A stretch of DNA of 64,000 nucleotides from Terriglobales bacterium (GCA_016185365.1 JACPNP010000028.1:42454-106453); one strand, 5' to 3'; counted from the stretch's first letter, positions 46,767-55,921 are shown. The notes: generated by a model from the sequence alone, not told the origin. Numbers and translations: made by a program.

Positions 46767-46801
46767 GGCCGTCCGCTTGCGCGGACGGCCTTCGTGTTTT
46801 T
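46767..46801 (+). terminator. Rho-independent terminator
   Basis: GGCCGTCCGC-TTGC-GCGGACGGCC (10-bp GC-rich stem, 46767-46790) is followed by TTCGTGTTTTT. Confidence 0.8.
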
Positions 46802-46816
46802 GAATGATGTGTGAGT

Positions 46817-47122
46817 TTAGATCTCCACGAACACATCGTCACCCTCGATCGTGACCGGGTAGGTCGCCACGCCTTCATCGTCCTCGCCCACAGCGCCCGT
46901 CTTGGCGTCGAACTGCCAGCCGTGCCACGGACAGACCACTTTGCCCTCTTCGATCACGCCCTGTCCCAGCGGGCCGCCGCGATGCGGGCAGACGCCCTCC
47001 AATGCGGACACGGCCCCATCAAGCCGCGTGACGCACAACGTTTTCGCGCCACACTGGAACTCCTTGGCCTGACCTTCCGCGGGCAGTTCCGTGACGTTGC
47101 CGATCTTCAATCGAGGTGACAT
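46817..47122 (-). CDS. Small Rieske [2Fe-2S] ferredoxin (NirD / oxygenase-ferredoxin-like)
   Basis: 101-aa ORF with CPHRGGPL...CPWHGWQF. Confidence 0.8.
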   Translation of the reverse strand: MSPRLKIGNVTELPAEGQAKEFQCGAKTLCVTRLDGAVSALEGVCPHRGGPLGQGVIEEGKVVCPWHGWQFDAKTGAVGEDDEGVATYPVTIEGDDVFVEI

Positions 47123-47206
47123 GGGGATCCTGAGTGTGATGATTGCTGAATCTCCAGTCTAGGGCATGCCCACGAATCATGTCCATGTGATAGATTCGGA
47201 GCTTCG

Positions 47207-47365
47207 ATGGCAGACGTGCGGCCTAAAGACGGCGCGACCCAGCTCTACTGCCCCACATGCGCCCTGGCCGTGAACGATCCGCTGGTCTGTGGCGATTGCG
47301 GTTCGGTGCTTTGCCGTGTTTGCGGCACTCCCGTGGAATCCTCGGACGAATTGGCGATCGGATGA
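47207..47365 (+). CDS. Unlisted 52-aa zinc-ribbon protein (MADVRPKDGATQLYCPTCALAVNDPLVCGDCGSVLCRVCGTPVESSDELAIG)
   Basis: Found by hand because it is below the track cutoff. It has four CxxC-type pairs, GGAG upstream, and a stop that overlaps the permease ATG as ATGA (47362-47365). Confidence 0.5.
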   Translation: MADVRPKDGATQLYCPTCALAVNDPLVCGDCGSVLCRVCGTPVESSDELAIG

Positions 47366-48780
47366 CCCCCAAACCCGGCTCAGAATCCAAACCAAGCCTG
47401 CTGCGGGGCCTCACGCTGATGGACACCACCATGCTGCTGGTGGGCGGTGTCATCGGCTCGGGCATTTTCCTCACCGCAGGGCAGATCGCCACTTCACTGA
47501 AGCGCCCGGACCTGTTCCTGCTGGTCTGGATCGCAGGCGGGGTCATTTCCCTGCTGGCCGGATTCGCCGTCGCTGAACTTGGCGGGATGTATCCGGAAGC
47601 CGGCGGCTCCTACGTCTACTTGCGCGAAGCCTGGGGAGAGCTGCCGGCGTTCCTTTACGGCTGGATGATCTTCACGGTCATACAGTCGGGCACCATCGGC
47701 GCCCTCGCCGTCGGCTTTGCCCAGTATTTCGGCGCCGCGTTCCCCGTTTTCTCCGACCCAACGCCACTCTTTGCCTGGAACATCCCCCTGGGCTTTACGG
47801 TCTTTGCCTTCACCATCACCGTCCCGAAATTGACGTCAGTAGCGGCCATCGCGCTGCTCACAGTGGTGAATGTGCTGGGACTTCGCCGGGGCGCGGTGCT
47901 GGTGAATGTGGCTACCTGGATGAAATTCGCCGCCATGGGCGCGCTGATACTGTTCGGGTTGGTGATCGGCAAGGGCGATTGGTCACACCTGTCACAGCCT
48001 GTGGCGGGTGCGAGCACAGATACTTCGACCTTGCTCAGCGGTTTCGGCGTCGCTTTGATCTCGGTATTGTTTGCCTACGACGGCTGGATCTACATCACAT
48101 GGGTGGCGGGCGAGGTGAAGGATTCGGCGCGCAACGTACCCATCGCTCTCATCCTCGGCATCAGTATCGTGGCCGTGATCTACGTCTCGATGAACCTGGT
48201 CTACCTCTATGCCCTGCCCCTGGACAAGATCATCGCCACCGATGCGGTGGTACGCGACGCCGCCGACGCGCTGTTCTCCGCCCGGCTGGGCTGGTGGCTG
48301 GCGATCATGGTGTCATTGTCGGTGTTCGGCGCCATCGCCTCGGCGATCCTGTGCACCGCACGAATTTTCTACGCCATGGCCGTGGACGGTGTCTTCTTTC
48401 GCTCCATGGCGAAAGTGCATCCGCGTTTTCGGACGCCGCATGTCGCAGTGATCACATTGGGAGTATGGTCGGCCATCCTCGCTCTGATCGGCCTGTACGA
48501 CCAGTTGCTGACGTATGCCATCTTCATGATGATCATCGGCTATATCTTCATCATCGGCGCGCTCTTCCGCCTGCGCCGCACCCATCCGGACCATCCCCGG
48601 CCCTATCGCTGCTGGGGCTATCCCTGGGTCCCGGTCACTTACTTGATCGTGACCATCATCTGGGTGCTGAATACCGTGTGGGCCCGCCCGCTCGAGTCCC
48701 TGGGCGGGCTGATCATCGTAGGTCTTGGGATCCCAGGGTTCCTCTACTGGACGCGACGCCGCGTCTCTGCCGCCGCCTGA
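47362..48780 (+). CDS. APC-superfamily amino acid/polyamine permease
   Basis: The ATG at 47362 gives MTPKPGSESKPSLLRGLTLMDTTMLLVGGVIGSGIFL, the typical APC N-terminus. About 12 TM segments follow. The track start 47257 is upstream in-frame. Confidence 0.85.
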   Translation: MTPKPGSESKPSLLRGLTLMDTTMLLVGGVIGSGIFLTAGQIATSLKRPDLFLLVWIAGGVISLLAGFAVAELGGMYPEAGGSYVYLREAWGELPAFLYGWMIFTVIQSGTIGALAVGFAQYFGAAFPVFSDPTPLFAWNIPLGFTVFAFTITVPKLTSVAAIALLTVVNVLGLRRGAVLVNVATWMKFAAMGALILFGLVIGKGDWSHLSQPVAGASTDTSTLLSGFGVALISVLFAYDGWIYITWVAGEVKDSARNVPIALILGISIVAVIYVSMNLVYLYALPLDKIIATDAVVRDAADALFSARLGWWLAIMVSLSVFGAIASAILCTARIFYAMAVDGVFFRSMAKVHPRFRTPHVAVITLGVWSAILALIGLYDQLLTYAIFMMIIGYIFIIGALFRLRRTHPDHPRPYRCWGYPWVPVTYLIVTIIWVLNTVWARPLESLGGLIIVGLGIPGFLYWTRRRVSAAA

Positions 48781-48849
48781 TCCCGGTCCGTTCATTCCCT
48801 CGGACAGGCCGTTCGCCCCACGATTTCTCCCATCGGATGTTTTCCTGTC

Positions 48850-48878
48850 TTGCTCCGGGCCGCGGCGTCGGGTATCAT
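48850..48878 (+). promoter_or_regulatory. Promoter candidate TTGCTC-N17-TATCAT
   Basis: TTGCTC at 48850-48855, a 17-nt spacer, then TATCAT at 48873-48878. It lies immediately upstream of the hexamer operator. Confidence 0.45.
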
Positions 48879-48881
48879 GCT

Positions 48882-48914
48882 AATTGAAATTGATTTTCAA
48901 TTTCAATTTCAATT
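48882..48914. promoter_or_regulatory. Operator-like hexamer array (AATTGA)x2-TTT-(TCAATT)x3 containing a perfect 9-3-9 palindrome
   Basis: TGAAATTGA-TTT-TCAATTTCA lies at 48885-48905. It ends 5 nt before the PepSY gene ATG, and the TonB-dependent receptor follows. The architecture resembles the hexamer model of Fur boxes, but the sequence differs. Confidence 0.6.
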
Positions 48915-48919
48915 CCCCC

Positions 48920-50080
48920 ATGACCGCCCCCTCCAGGCCGGCCCCGCAGCGGACACTACTCTTCCGTCTGCACTTGATCGTGGGCCTTACCGTCGGGCTG
49001 CTGGCCGCGCTGCTGGGCGTGTCCGGGAGCCTGCTGGTCTTCCGTCCCGAGCTCGAGGCCTCCCTGCTGCCCACGGCAACGTCAGCGGCAGGCAAGCGCG
49101 CGTCGCTCGATATCGCCGCCGCCAATGTAAGCACTGCGGTTCAAGGACGAATCGCTTCGCTGCGTCTGCCTGACTCCGCGTCCGGGCTATTGCAATTCCA
49201 GGTCACCGGCGATGACCACGAGGCGCGGCGGGTCTTCGTCGACCCGTATACCGGCGCCGTGGTCGCCGTCCAGCCGGTCGAGACCGGATTCTTCGCATTC
49301 GTCCATGATTTTCATCATGATCTGTTCGCCGGCCGGAATGGACGGGTCGCGACCGGAGTCATCGGAGCGCTGCTGACCGCCCTTTGTCTGACCGGCTCCC
49401 TGCTCTGGTGGCCGGGCCGTGGCCACGTCTTCGCCAAGGCCACCATGGTGCGTCACGCCACAGTGCGCAGGCGCACTGCATGGACGATCCACAATACAGT
49501 CGGCTTCGCTAGCGCACTGCTCCTGGGTGTGATCGCCTTCACCTCCACCTATTTCACCTGGCGCGAGAGCTATACAAAAACCGCGCTGGCGCTCCTGTCC
49601 CAGAAAGCGCAGGCGCGACCGCCTTTGGTGGACCCCGTTGTGCCGGGCTCCCTCGCTTCGATCGACCGCATCGTCACCCAGGCCGCACTGGCCGATTCGG
49701 GCGCCGCAGTCACTGTGGTCCGGTTTCCCTCCAAGCCTGGGGAAGCGATAAGCGTCCGGCTGCGGAAGGATGGCGACTTGCGCCGCATCGGCAGCGATGT
49801 GGCATTCCTCGATCCGGCGAGTGGCGAAGTGTTGCGTGTAGATCTGGCGGCCGCCAGGCCCTCCGCGGTCCGTTTTCTCGAAAGTTTCACTCCCATACAC
49901 TCCGGCGAAGCAGGGGGATTGGGACTGCGCCTGCTTTGGGTGGTGGTCGGCGTCGCGCCGTCCATTCTGTTCTTCAGCGGCTTCCGCCTGTGGTGGAAGC
50001 GCACCATCGCGGGCAACGAGCCTACGTATCAGGCCGCGCTCGTCGCCGGTCCCGCGTCCGAAGCGGTGGAGGCCGCCTAA
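48920..50080 (+). CDS. PepSY-associated TM helix protein (PiuB-like, siderophore-reductase-associated family)
   Basis: The ATG at 48920 gives MTAPSRPAPQRTLLFRLHLIVGLTVGLLAALLGVSGSLLVFRPE, the typical PepSY_TM start. A C-terminal TM is present. The track TTG start 48884 lies inside the operator. Confidence 0.75.
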   Translation: MTAPSRPAPQRTLLFRLHLIVGLTVGLLAALLGVSGSLLVFRPELEASLLPTATSAAGKRASLDIAAANVSTAVQGRIASLRLPDSASGLLQFQVTGDDHEARRVFVDPYTGAVVAVQPVETGFFAFVHDFHHDLFAGRNGRVATGVIGALLTALCLTGSLLWWPGRGHVFAKATMVRHATVRRRTAWTIHNTVGFASALLLGVIAFTSTYFTWRESYTKTALALLSQKAQARPPLVDPVVPGSLASIDRIVTQAALADSGAAVTVVRFPSKPGEAISVRLRKDGDLRRIGSDVAFLDPASGEVLRVDLAAARPSAVRFLESFTPIHSGEAGGLGLRLLWVVVGVAPSILFFSGFRLWWKRTIAGNEPTYQAALVAGPASEAVEAA

Positions 50081-50085
50081 ACAAC

Positions 50086-52413
50086 ATGAAAGGTATTTCC
50101 AGTCCGATGCGAAGAATCGTGGTGATCGTCCTTGCCGCAGCGTCTCTGATCAGCGCTGCCTACTCCTCTCCCACACCGCAGGAACTTGTGACCCTCGAAG
50201 GCACGGTGGCGGACCAGACCAAGGCGGTCGTGTCCGGGGCCAAAGTGCATTTGCTGGATGCGAAAGGCAAGACCCTGCGCAGCACCACCACGGACGAAGC
50301 CGGCCATTTCCGCATCGACAATGTTGCGTCCGGCGCCTATCAGTTGCGCGTGGACTTCCGCGGCCTGGCCAGCCAGACGCAGCAGATCGTGGTGGCGAAC
50401 GGAAAGGCCATCGTGGCCTCCTTCGAATTGGCGACCGCAACCGTGACCGAGAGCGTCACAGTGACGGCCGAAGCGATCTATTCTGAATCGCAGGCGACCA
50501 CGGCCACCAAGACCAACATCCCCCTGCGCGATGTGCCCCAGGCGGTAACGGTGGTGAATAACGAGATGATCCGCTCCCAGGCAGCGACCTCGATGCAGGA
50601 CGTCCTGCGGAATGTCCCGGCGGTCAGCCCGCACCTTGGCGAAGGCCGGCGCGATCAGGTCCTGATCCGCGGATTTAGCGCGAACAATGACCAGTATGTG
50701 GACGGCGTGCGTGACGATGCGCCGTACTACCGGGACCTTTCCGGGCTGGAGCGCATCGAGGTGATGAAGGGGCCGGCGGCGGCCCTGTATGGCCGGGGCT
50801 CAGCCGGAGGCGTGATCAATCGCGTCACCAAGAAGCCGGAATTTGAGATGCCGACACTCTTTGAGATCGCCACGAGCTTCGGGAGCTATGGCGCGAAACG
50901 GACGAGCCTCGATCTGGACAAGGGATTTACCGGTCAGGATCTCGCATTCCGCCTGACCGGGGCCTGGGAAGATTCGGCCACGTTCCGCCAGGGTTCCTTC
51001 CTTGATCGCTACAACCTTGCACCCGCTGTCTTGTGGAAACCGGGGGACCGCACCCAGGTGCTCGTCCAATTCGAATATCTGTTCGACCACAGGCTGCCGG
51101 ACCGTGGCATCCCCTCGTTCCAAGGCAAGCCGGCGGACGTGGACTTGCACACGTATTACGGCTATCCGCAGGATGATTTCTTGCGTAATCGCGTGAACGC
51201 GCAAAGCCTCTCGGCGGAGCACCGGTTCCAGCGGTTCACGTTGCGCAACAATTTCCGGCATACCACGTATGACAATCTCTTCAGCAGCACCCAGCCGAAT
51301 GGCATCGCCGCGAACGGGACCGTCCGGCGCCAGCAATACGACGTAAAGTCCGGGCAGGAAAACTATTTCAACCAGACCGAATTGTTGTCCAAAGCCGCTA
51401 CCTTCGGCGTCCAGCATGAGCTATTGTTCGGCCTGGAATACGGCGCGCAGTCGCGGGGTACGCTGAGATTCAATGGCGTCGCATCCAACGTGGACCTGGT
51501 GGACCCCGTCCTGACGCAACCGGTCTATTCTTCGAGCCCGGCGACAAACAACACATTTCAAGGCACGGTGGCGGGTGTCTACGTCCAGGACCAGATCACT
51601 TTCAGTCCGAAATGGAAGGCGACCGTCGGCACTCGCTACGACCACTACCGCCAGCGTCTGGATGACCGCAATCCATCGAACGTGGATTTGCGTCGCATCG
51701 ACCGGGCCTGGAGCCCGCGGGCTGGAGTGGTGTACCAACCGACACTTTGGTCGGCGATCTACGTGAGCATCAGCCGCTCCTTCCAACCTTCCGGCGACGG
51801 CCTTTCCCTGGCCGTCAATAATGAGCAATTGAAGCCGGAGACTACGACCAACCTCGAAGCCGGGACGAAACTCGACTTCTTCGGCAGTCGCTTATCGACC
51901 ACGCTCTCCGTGTTCCGGCTGAATCGAAGCAACGTCAAGACCGTGGACCCGAATGACTCGACCAAGCTTGTGCTCTCCGGACAACAACGGACCAATGGCG
52001 TGGAGATCAGTTTTTCCGGAAGCCCCCTTCGCCGCCTGGAGATTTTCGGAGGCTACGCCTATTTGGACTCTCGCGTGGTCAAGGCGAACGACCTCACCAA
52101 AGGCAAGCGCATCGGGCTGGTGGCGCCGCATAGCATGAACCTTTGGTCCACGTATTCCTTCGCGAATGGCTTTGGATTCGGGGGCGGCGTGACCTATAAC
52201 GATTTTCGTTACGCGGCCAATGACAATGCCGTGAGATTACCCGGCTACACCAGGGTGGACGCCACCGTGTACTACCGCAAGGCGCGTTATGACGTGGCCC
52301 TGAACCTGCGGAACATTGGCAATGTCCGCTACATCGAGAGCGCCAACAATAATAATCAGATCCTTCCGGGAGCACCGGTCAATGGCCTCTTGACTGTTCG
52401 CCTCCGCTGGTAA
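50086..52413 (+). CDS. TonB-dependent (siderophore-type) outer-membrane receptor with N-terminal carboxypeptidase-regulatory-like domain
   Basis: The ATG at 50086 gives a signal peptide (MKGISSPMRRIVVIVLAAASLISAAYS), then the CarboxypepD_reg pattern (LEGTVADQTKAVVSGAKVHLLD...DEAGHFRIDNV). The plug has IEVMKGPAAALYGRGSAGGVINRVTK, and the barrel ends ...TVRLRW. Confidence 0.85.
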   Translation: MKGISSPMRRIVVIVLAAASLISAAYSSPTPQELVTLEGTVADQTKAVVSGAKVHLLDAKGKTLRSTTTDEAGHFRIDNVASGAYQLRVDFRGLASQTQQIVVANGKAIVASFELATATVTESVTVTAEAIYSESQATTATKTNIPLRDVPQAVTVVNNEMIRSQAATSMQDVLRNVPAVSPHLGEGRRDQVLIRGFSANNDQYVDGVRDDAPYYRDLSGLERIEVMKGPAAALYGRGSAGGVINRVTKKPEFEMPTLFEIATSFGSYGAKRTSLDLDKGFTGQDLAFRLTGAWEDSATFRQGSFLDRYNLAPAVLWKPGDRTQVLVQFEYLFDHRLPDRGIPSFQGKPADVDLHTYYGYPQDDFLRNRVNAQSLSAEHRFQRFTLRNNFRHTTYDNLFSSTQPNGIAANGTVRRQQYDVKSGQENYFNQTELLSKAATFGVQHELLFGLEYGAQSRGTLRFNGVASNVDLVDPVLTQPVYSSSPATNNTFQGTVAGVYVQDQITFSPKWKATVGTRYDHYRQRLDDRNPSNVDLRRIDRAWSPRAGVVYQPTLWSAIYVSISRSFQPSGDGLSLAVNNEQLKPETTTNLEAGTKLDFFGSRLSTTLSVFRLNRSNVKTVDPNDSTKLVLSGQQRTNGVEISFSGSPLRRLEIFGGYAYLDSRVVKANDLTKGKRIGLVAPHSMNLWSTYSFANGFGFGGGVTYNDFRYAANDNAVRLPGYTRVDATVYYRKARYDVALNLRNIGNVRYIESANNNNQILPGAPVNGLLTVRLRW

Positions 52414-52566
52414 AGGGCCGCTAACCATTTTCTCCGGGACTGGTCTAAGTCTGTGAGCCGAATATGAAAGACAGGGAGGCGCGCCGCGAGGCGCCGTGCG
52501 CCAGCCAGACTTGACCCGTTGAGCCGGGAATCGGCTTCGCTATACTGGAGACTGCACCCTCCAGCC

Positions 52567-53031
52567 ATGGGCCTGATCGTTCGTACATCTGATATACACG
52601 CCATCGGCGTTTTCACGACGACAGGCATTCCCGTGGGCGCCCGGATCGTCGAATACACCGGTCCGCGCATTTCCGAAGACGACGCCGGATCCCGATATTC
52701 CGAGCGCGACGAGACCTATCTCTTCGGTCTGACCAACAGCCCCACCGTCATTGACGGCACCGGCGTGGCCGCTTTCATCAATCACAGTTGCGCCGCGAAT
52801 TGCGAAGCGGATGAGGTCGACGAGCAGGTGTGGATCATCGCCCTGCGCGCGATCCGCGCCGGAGAAGAACTGACCTACGATTACAACCTCTATGACGGGG
52901 ATGAGAGTGACCTGGCGCCGTGCTACTGCGGCGCGCCCGGGTGCCGGGGCACGATGTATGGCGAAGACGAACTCATCCGGCGCAGGAAGGCTTCCAAGCC
53001 CAACGACCCACAAACGGTCAGCGTTCGCTGA
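52567..53031 (+). CDS. SET-domain protein (putative lysine N-methyltransferase) with post-SET Cys cluster
   Basis: The ATG at 52567 gives GVFTTTGIPVGARIVEYTG, FINHSCAANC, ELTYDY and CYCGAPGCRG. The track start 52519 is a TTG. Confidence 0.8.
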   Translation: MGLIVRTSDIHAIGVFTTTGIPVGARIVEYTGPRISEDDAGSRYSERDETYLFGLTNSPTVIDGTGVAAFINHSCAANCEADEVDEQVWIIALRAIRAGEELTYDYNLYDGDESDLAPCYCGAPGCRGTMYGEDELIRRRKASKPNDPQTVSVR

Positions 53032-53038
53032 ACCTTAT

Positions 53039-53389
53039 CTAATTCTTGGCGCAGGAAGCAACGGCGGAGGCTTCGTCCGTGTGCATGCCCAGGATAGGCA
53101 GCAACTTGGTGATCCGGAGCACGTGCATCACCTTGTCATTGGCGCAGGCGAACCTCATCTCCTTATTGGTCGACTTGGCCGAGGTGAACAAGCCAACCAG
53201 GCACCCGACGCCTCCGCTGTCGATATAGGAAACCTCCTGCAGGTTGAGAACGAAGGGACCGTCCGCGGTGGAGATCAGGTCTTTGAGCTCGGTGCGCAGG
53301 CTGGTGCATTCGGCGCCAAAGACGACGCGTCCTTTCAGGTCGACGATGGTCACCCTGTTGACTTGGCGCTTGTGTAACGTCAGCGTCAT
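53039..53389 (-). CDS. STAS-domain anti-sigma-factor antagonist (SpoIIAA-like)
   Basis: The ATG at 53389 gives MTLTLHKRQVNRVTIVDLKGRVVFGAE...LNLQEVSYIDSGGVGCLVGL, with the conserved phosphorylatable DSGG/S region. The upstream part of the 287-aa track ORF is antisense to the dnaX 5' region. Confidence 0.75.
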   Translation of the reverse strand: MTLTLHKRQVNRVTIVDLKGRVVFGAECTSLRTELKDLISTADGPFVLNLQEVSYIDSGGVGCLVGLFTSAKSTNKEMRFACANDKVMHVLRITKLLPILGMHTDEASAVASCAKN

Positions 53390-53494
53390 AGTGCGGTAGG
53401 GTAATCGGAGATGCGCCGGAATGCAAGTGTGCGTCCCCGCGCACGTCTTCCACAGGCGTGGACCGGAGCCGCCGCGCGCACAAAACCCTTCCTC

Positions 53495-53500
53495 TATAAT
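53495..53500 (+). promoter_or_regulatory. Perfect TATAAT box 9 nt upstream of the dnaX ATG (candidate leaderless transcript)
   Basis: The sequence reads CTCTATAATTGAGCGGTCATG with no SD between the box and the start. The same geometry occurs upstream of acs, the M20 gene and the YyaL-like gene. Confidence 0.4.
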
Positions 53501-53509
53501 TGAGCGGTC

Positions 53510-54988
53510 ATGAGTTATACCGTCCTGGCCCGCAAGTACCGTCCGCAGCGGTTCTCCGAAGTGATCGGCCAGGACCATGTCACCCGTACGCTTAAGAACG
53601 CCATCGAGCAAAAGCGGATCGCACACGGGTACATCTTTAGCGGACACCGGGGGATCGGCAAGACCACAATCGCGCGCATCCTGGCCATGGCCCTGAACTG
53701 CCGCGGCGCGGCGGACCCGGTGGCGGAGCCGTGCGGCGTCTGCGAGAGCTGCACCGAGATCCGGGCCGGCAACGCCGTGGACGTGCTGGAGATCGATGCC
53801 GCCACCAACCGCGGTATCGATGAGATCCGCGAGCTCCGCGAAGCCGCCCGTTACCGTCCTGCCCGCGACCGGTTCAAGATCCTGATCCTGGACGAGGCCC
53901 ACCAGATCACGGACGCCGCATTCAATGCCCTGCTCAAGACCCTGGAAGAGCCTCCGTCACACATTATTTTCATGATGTGCACCACCCAGCCTGAGGACAT
54001 CCCCCAGACCATCCGCTCGCGCTGCCAGCATTTCAGTTTCCATGCGGTGCGCTTCGATGACATCGTCGGTCAGCTGAAGGAGATTGCAAGCCAGGAAGGC
54101 ATCCAGGCCGATGAGGACGCTGTCGCGGTGCTGGCGGAGGCAGGCGACGGTTCGATGCGCGACGCGTTGTCCATCCTCGACCAGGCCATCGCCGGTACCG
54201 GCGAGGGCCGTCTGACGGCGGAGCAGGTGCGCGGGCTGGTCGGCTCGGTCTCGACCGAGATCTTGGAAGGACTTCTCGACACCGTGGCCCGCAACTCCAG
54301 CCAGGAGGCGCTCTCCATCGTGGACAAGCTGGTGACCGAAGGGCAAAGCCCGGCGCACTTCGCCCGCCAGTTGGTGCGCTTCCTGCGCAATGTGGTGGTC
54401 GCAAAGATCAGTGGCGCGGAGTCGCCGCTGTTGCAGATCTCCCGCGACGAACGCGCGCGGGTGGCGCGGAGCGCGGCCCAATTCTCCGAGGAGGATCTGG
54501 CCCGGTTCCTGCAGATCGCACTCCGCACTCACGAGGAACTCGGATACAAGCAGGAACAACGGTTCCATCTGGAGTTGGGCATCCTGAAGATGGTCCACGC
54601 CCAGCGCCTGTTGCCGATCGAAGAATTGTTGAGCCAGCAGCCCGGGCACGTCAATCCACAGCCGCGGACTGCGGCGCCGTTGCCACGTCCTGCGTCACCT
54701 CCGGCGGCGCGGAGCGCGGCGGGTGAGCCGTCCCTGTTCGAATCGGACCGCGTGCGCAAGGGCCGGTCCGCGCCGGAGATGTCTTCCAGTGGCGGCGCAA
54801 ACGCACAAGTATCAGCGGATCCGGTGGTCGTCGCCAAAGCCGTGGCCACGGCGACTGTTTTGGCGGTGGTGGAGTCGAAGCTGGCCGGATCTGTTTCCAA
54901 TGGCCCGGTCGATCTTCTGTCATTGCGCGGGCAGGTGCTCGATGCTCTGGAACGCAGGAGAAGTTCAGCGCGGAGATCCGTACCGTGA
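53510..54988 (+). CDS. dnaX: DNA polymerase III subunit gamma/tau
   Basis: MSYTVLARKYRPQRFSEVIGQDHV..GHRGIGKTT (Walker A), a zinc module CGVCESC, and ILDEAH. It is followed by ybaB and recR as in most bacteria. Confidence 0.9.
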   Translation: MSYTVLARKYRPQRFSEVIGQDHVTRTLKNAIEQKRIAHGYIFSGHRGIGKTTIARILAMALNCRGAADPVAEPCGVCESCTEIRAGNAVDVLEIDAATNRGIDEIRELREAARYRPARDRFKILILDEAHQITDAAFNALLKTLEEPPSHIIFMMCTTQPEDIPQTIRSRCQHFSFHAVRFDDIVGQLKEIASQEGIQADEDAVAVLAEAGDGSMRDALSILDQAIAGTGEGRLTAEQVRGLVGSVSTEILEGLLDTVARNSSQEALSIVDKLVTEGQSPAHFARQLVRFLRNVVVAKISGAESPLLQISRDERARVARSAAQFSEEDLARFLQIALRTHEELGYKQEQRFHLELGILKMVHAQRLLPIEELLSQQPGHVNPQPRTAAPLPRPASPPAARSAAGEPSLFESDRVRKGRSAPEMSSSGGANAQVSADPVVVAKAVATATVLAVVESKLAGSVSNGPVDLLSLRGQVLDALERRRSSARRSVP

Positions 54989-55016
54989 TCGACCATCAGG
55001 ACAAGGACTGATCGAG

Positions 55017-55319
55017 ATGGACATGAAGCAGATGCAGCAGATGGTGGCCCAGGCGCAGCAGAAGGCGCAAGAGCTGCAAAAACAGATGCAATCCACCGTG
55101 GTCGAAGCCTCGGCCGGAGGCGGGACTGTCACCGTGCGCATGAACGGACAAAAGCAGATCCTGAGCATCAAGATTGAGCCGGATGTGGTTAAGACAGGCG
55201 ACGTGGAGATGTTGCAGGACCTGGTGACCGCGGCCGTGAATGAAGCGAACCGTAAAGTTGACGACGCGATGCAGGCCAGCGTCGGCGGCCTGCTGGGCAA
55301 GAAGGGAATGGGGATGTGA
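55017..55319 (+). CDS. ybaB: Nucleoid-associated protein YbaB/EbfC
   Basis: The ATG at 55017 gives [24 protein letters not shown]...[22 protein letters not shown], 100 aa. It sits in the classic dnaX-ybaB-recR context. Confidence 0.85.
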   Translation: MDMKQMQQMVAQAQQKAQELQKQMQSTVVEASAGGGTVTVRMNGQKQILSIKIEPDVVKTGDVEMLQDLVTAAVNEANRKVDDAMQASVGGLLGKKGMGM

Positions 55320-55921
55320 TGGCCAAGTTCGCGGAACCCATGGCCCAATTGATCGCCGAACTGAAGAAGCTGCCCGGTGTGGGCAACAAGAGCGCGCAAA
55401 GGCTCGCGTTCCACATTCTCCGCTCGAGCGAAGAGGATGCCGGCGCACTATCCGCCGCCATACAGGATCTCAAGGCCAGCCTTCATCTTTGTTCCCTCTG
55501 CAACAACATCACGGACGTGGAGCCCTGCGTCTACTGCGCCAGCCCCACCCGCAATCAGCGCATGATCTGCGTGGTGGAAGAGCCCACGAACATCGCCGCC
55601 ATCGAAAAAACGAAGAGTTTCAACGGTGTTTATCATGTTCTTCATGGCGCGATCTCACCGCTGCACGGCGTGGGGCCGGAACATCTGCGCATCGGGAATC
55701 TGACGAAACGTCTGGACTCGGGCGATGTGGAAGAGGTGATCCTGGCCACCAATCCGACGGTCGAAGGCGAAGCCACGGCGCATTACCTCACCGGACTGTT
55801 GCGCAAGCACGGAAGTGTGAAGATCACCCGCATCGCCACCGGCATCCCCGCCGGGAGTGACATCGAATATGCCGATGAAGTGACGATGTCAAAAGCGATG
55901 GAAGGGCGTCGAGAGCTGTAA
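55316..55921 (+). CDS. recR: Recombination protein RecR
   Basis: 201-aa ORF with [15 protein letters not shown] (HhH), a zinc finger [16 protein letters not shown], and a Toprim domain. It overlaps the ybaB stop. Confidence 0.95.
   Translation: MMAKFAEPMAQLIAELKKLPGVGNKSAQRLAFHILRSSEEDAGALSAAIQDLKASLHLCSLCNNITDVEPCVYCASPTRNQRMICVVEEPTNIAAIEKTKSFNGVYHVLHGAISPLHGVGPEHLRIGNLTKRLDSGDVEEVILATNPTVEGEATAHYLTGLLRKHGSVKITRIATGIPAGSDIEYADEVTMSKAMEGRREL

Noticed and set aside
48884-48919. TTG start giving the MKLIFNFNFNSP N-terminus for the PepSY protein.
   Set aside because: These codons are a translation of the hexamer operator. The family-typical N-terminus begins at the ATG at 48920.
52511-52546. 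TTGACC ... TATACT as a promoter for the SET gene.
   Set aside because: The spacer between the hexamers is 24 nt, too long for a sigma70-type promoter.
53390-53902. Upstream part of the 287-aa minus-strand ORF containing the STAS gene.
   Set aside because: It is antisense to the dnaX 5' region and has shadow-like composition. The STAS domain is complete from the ATG at 53389.
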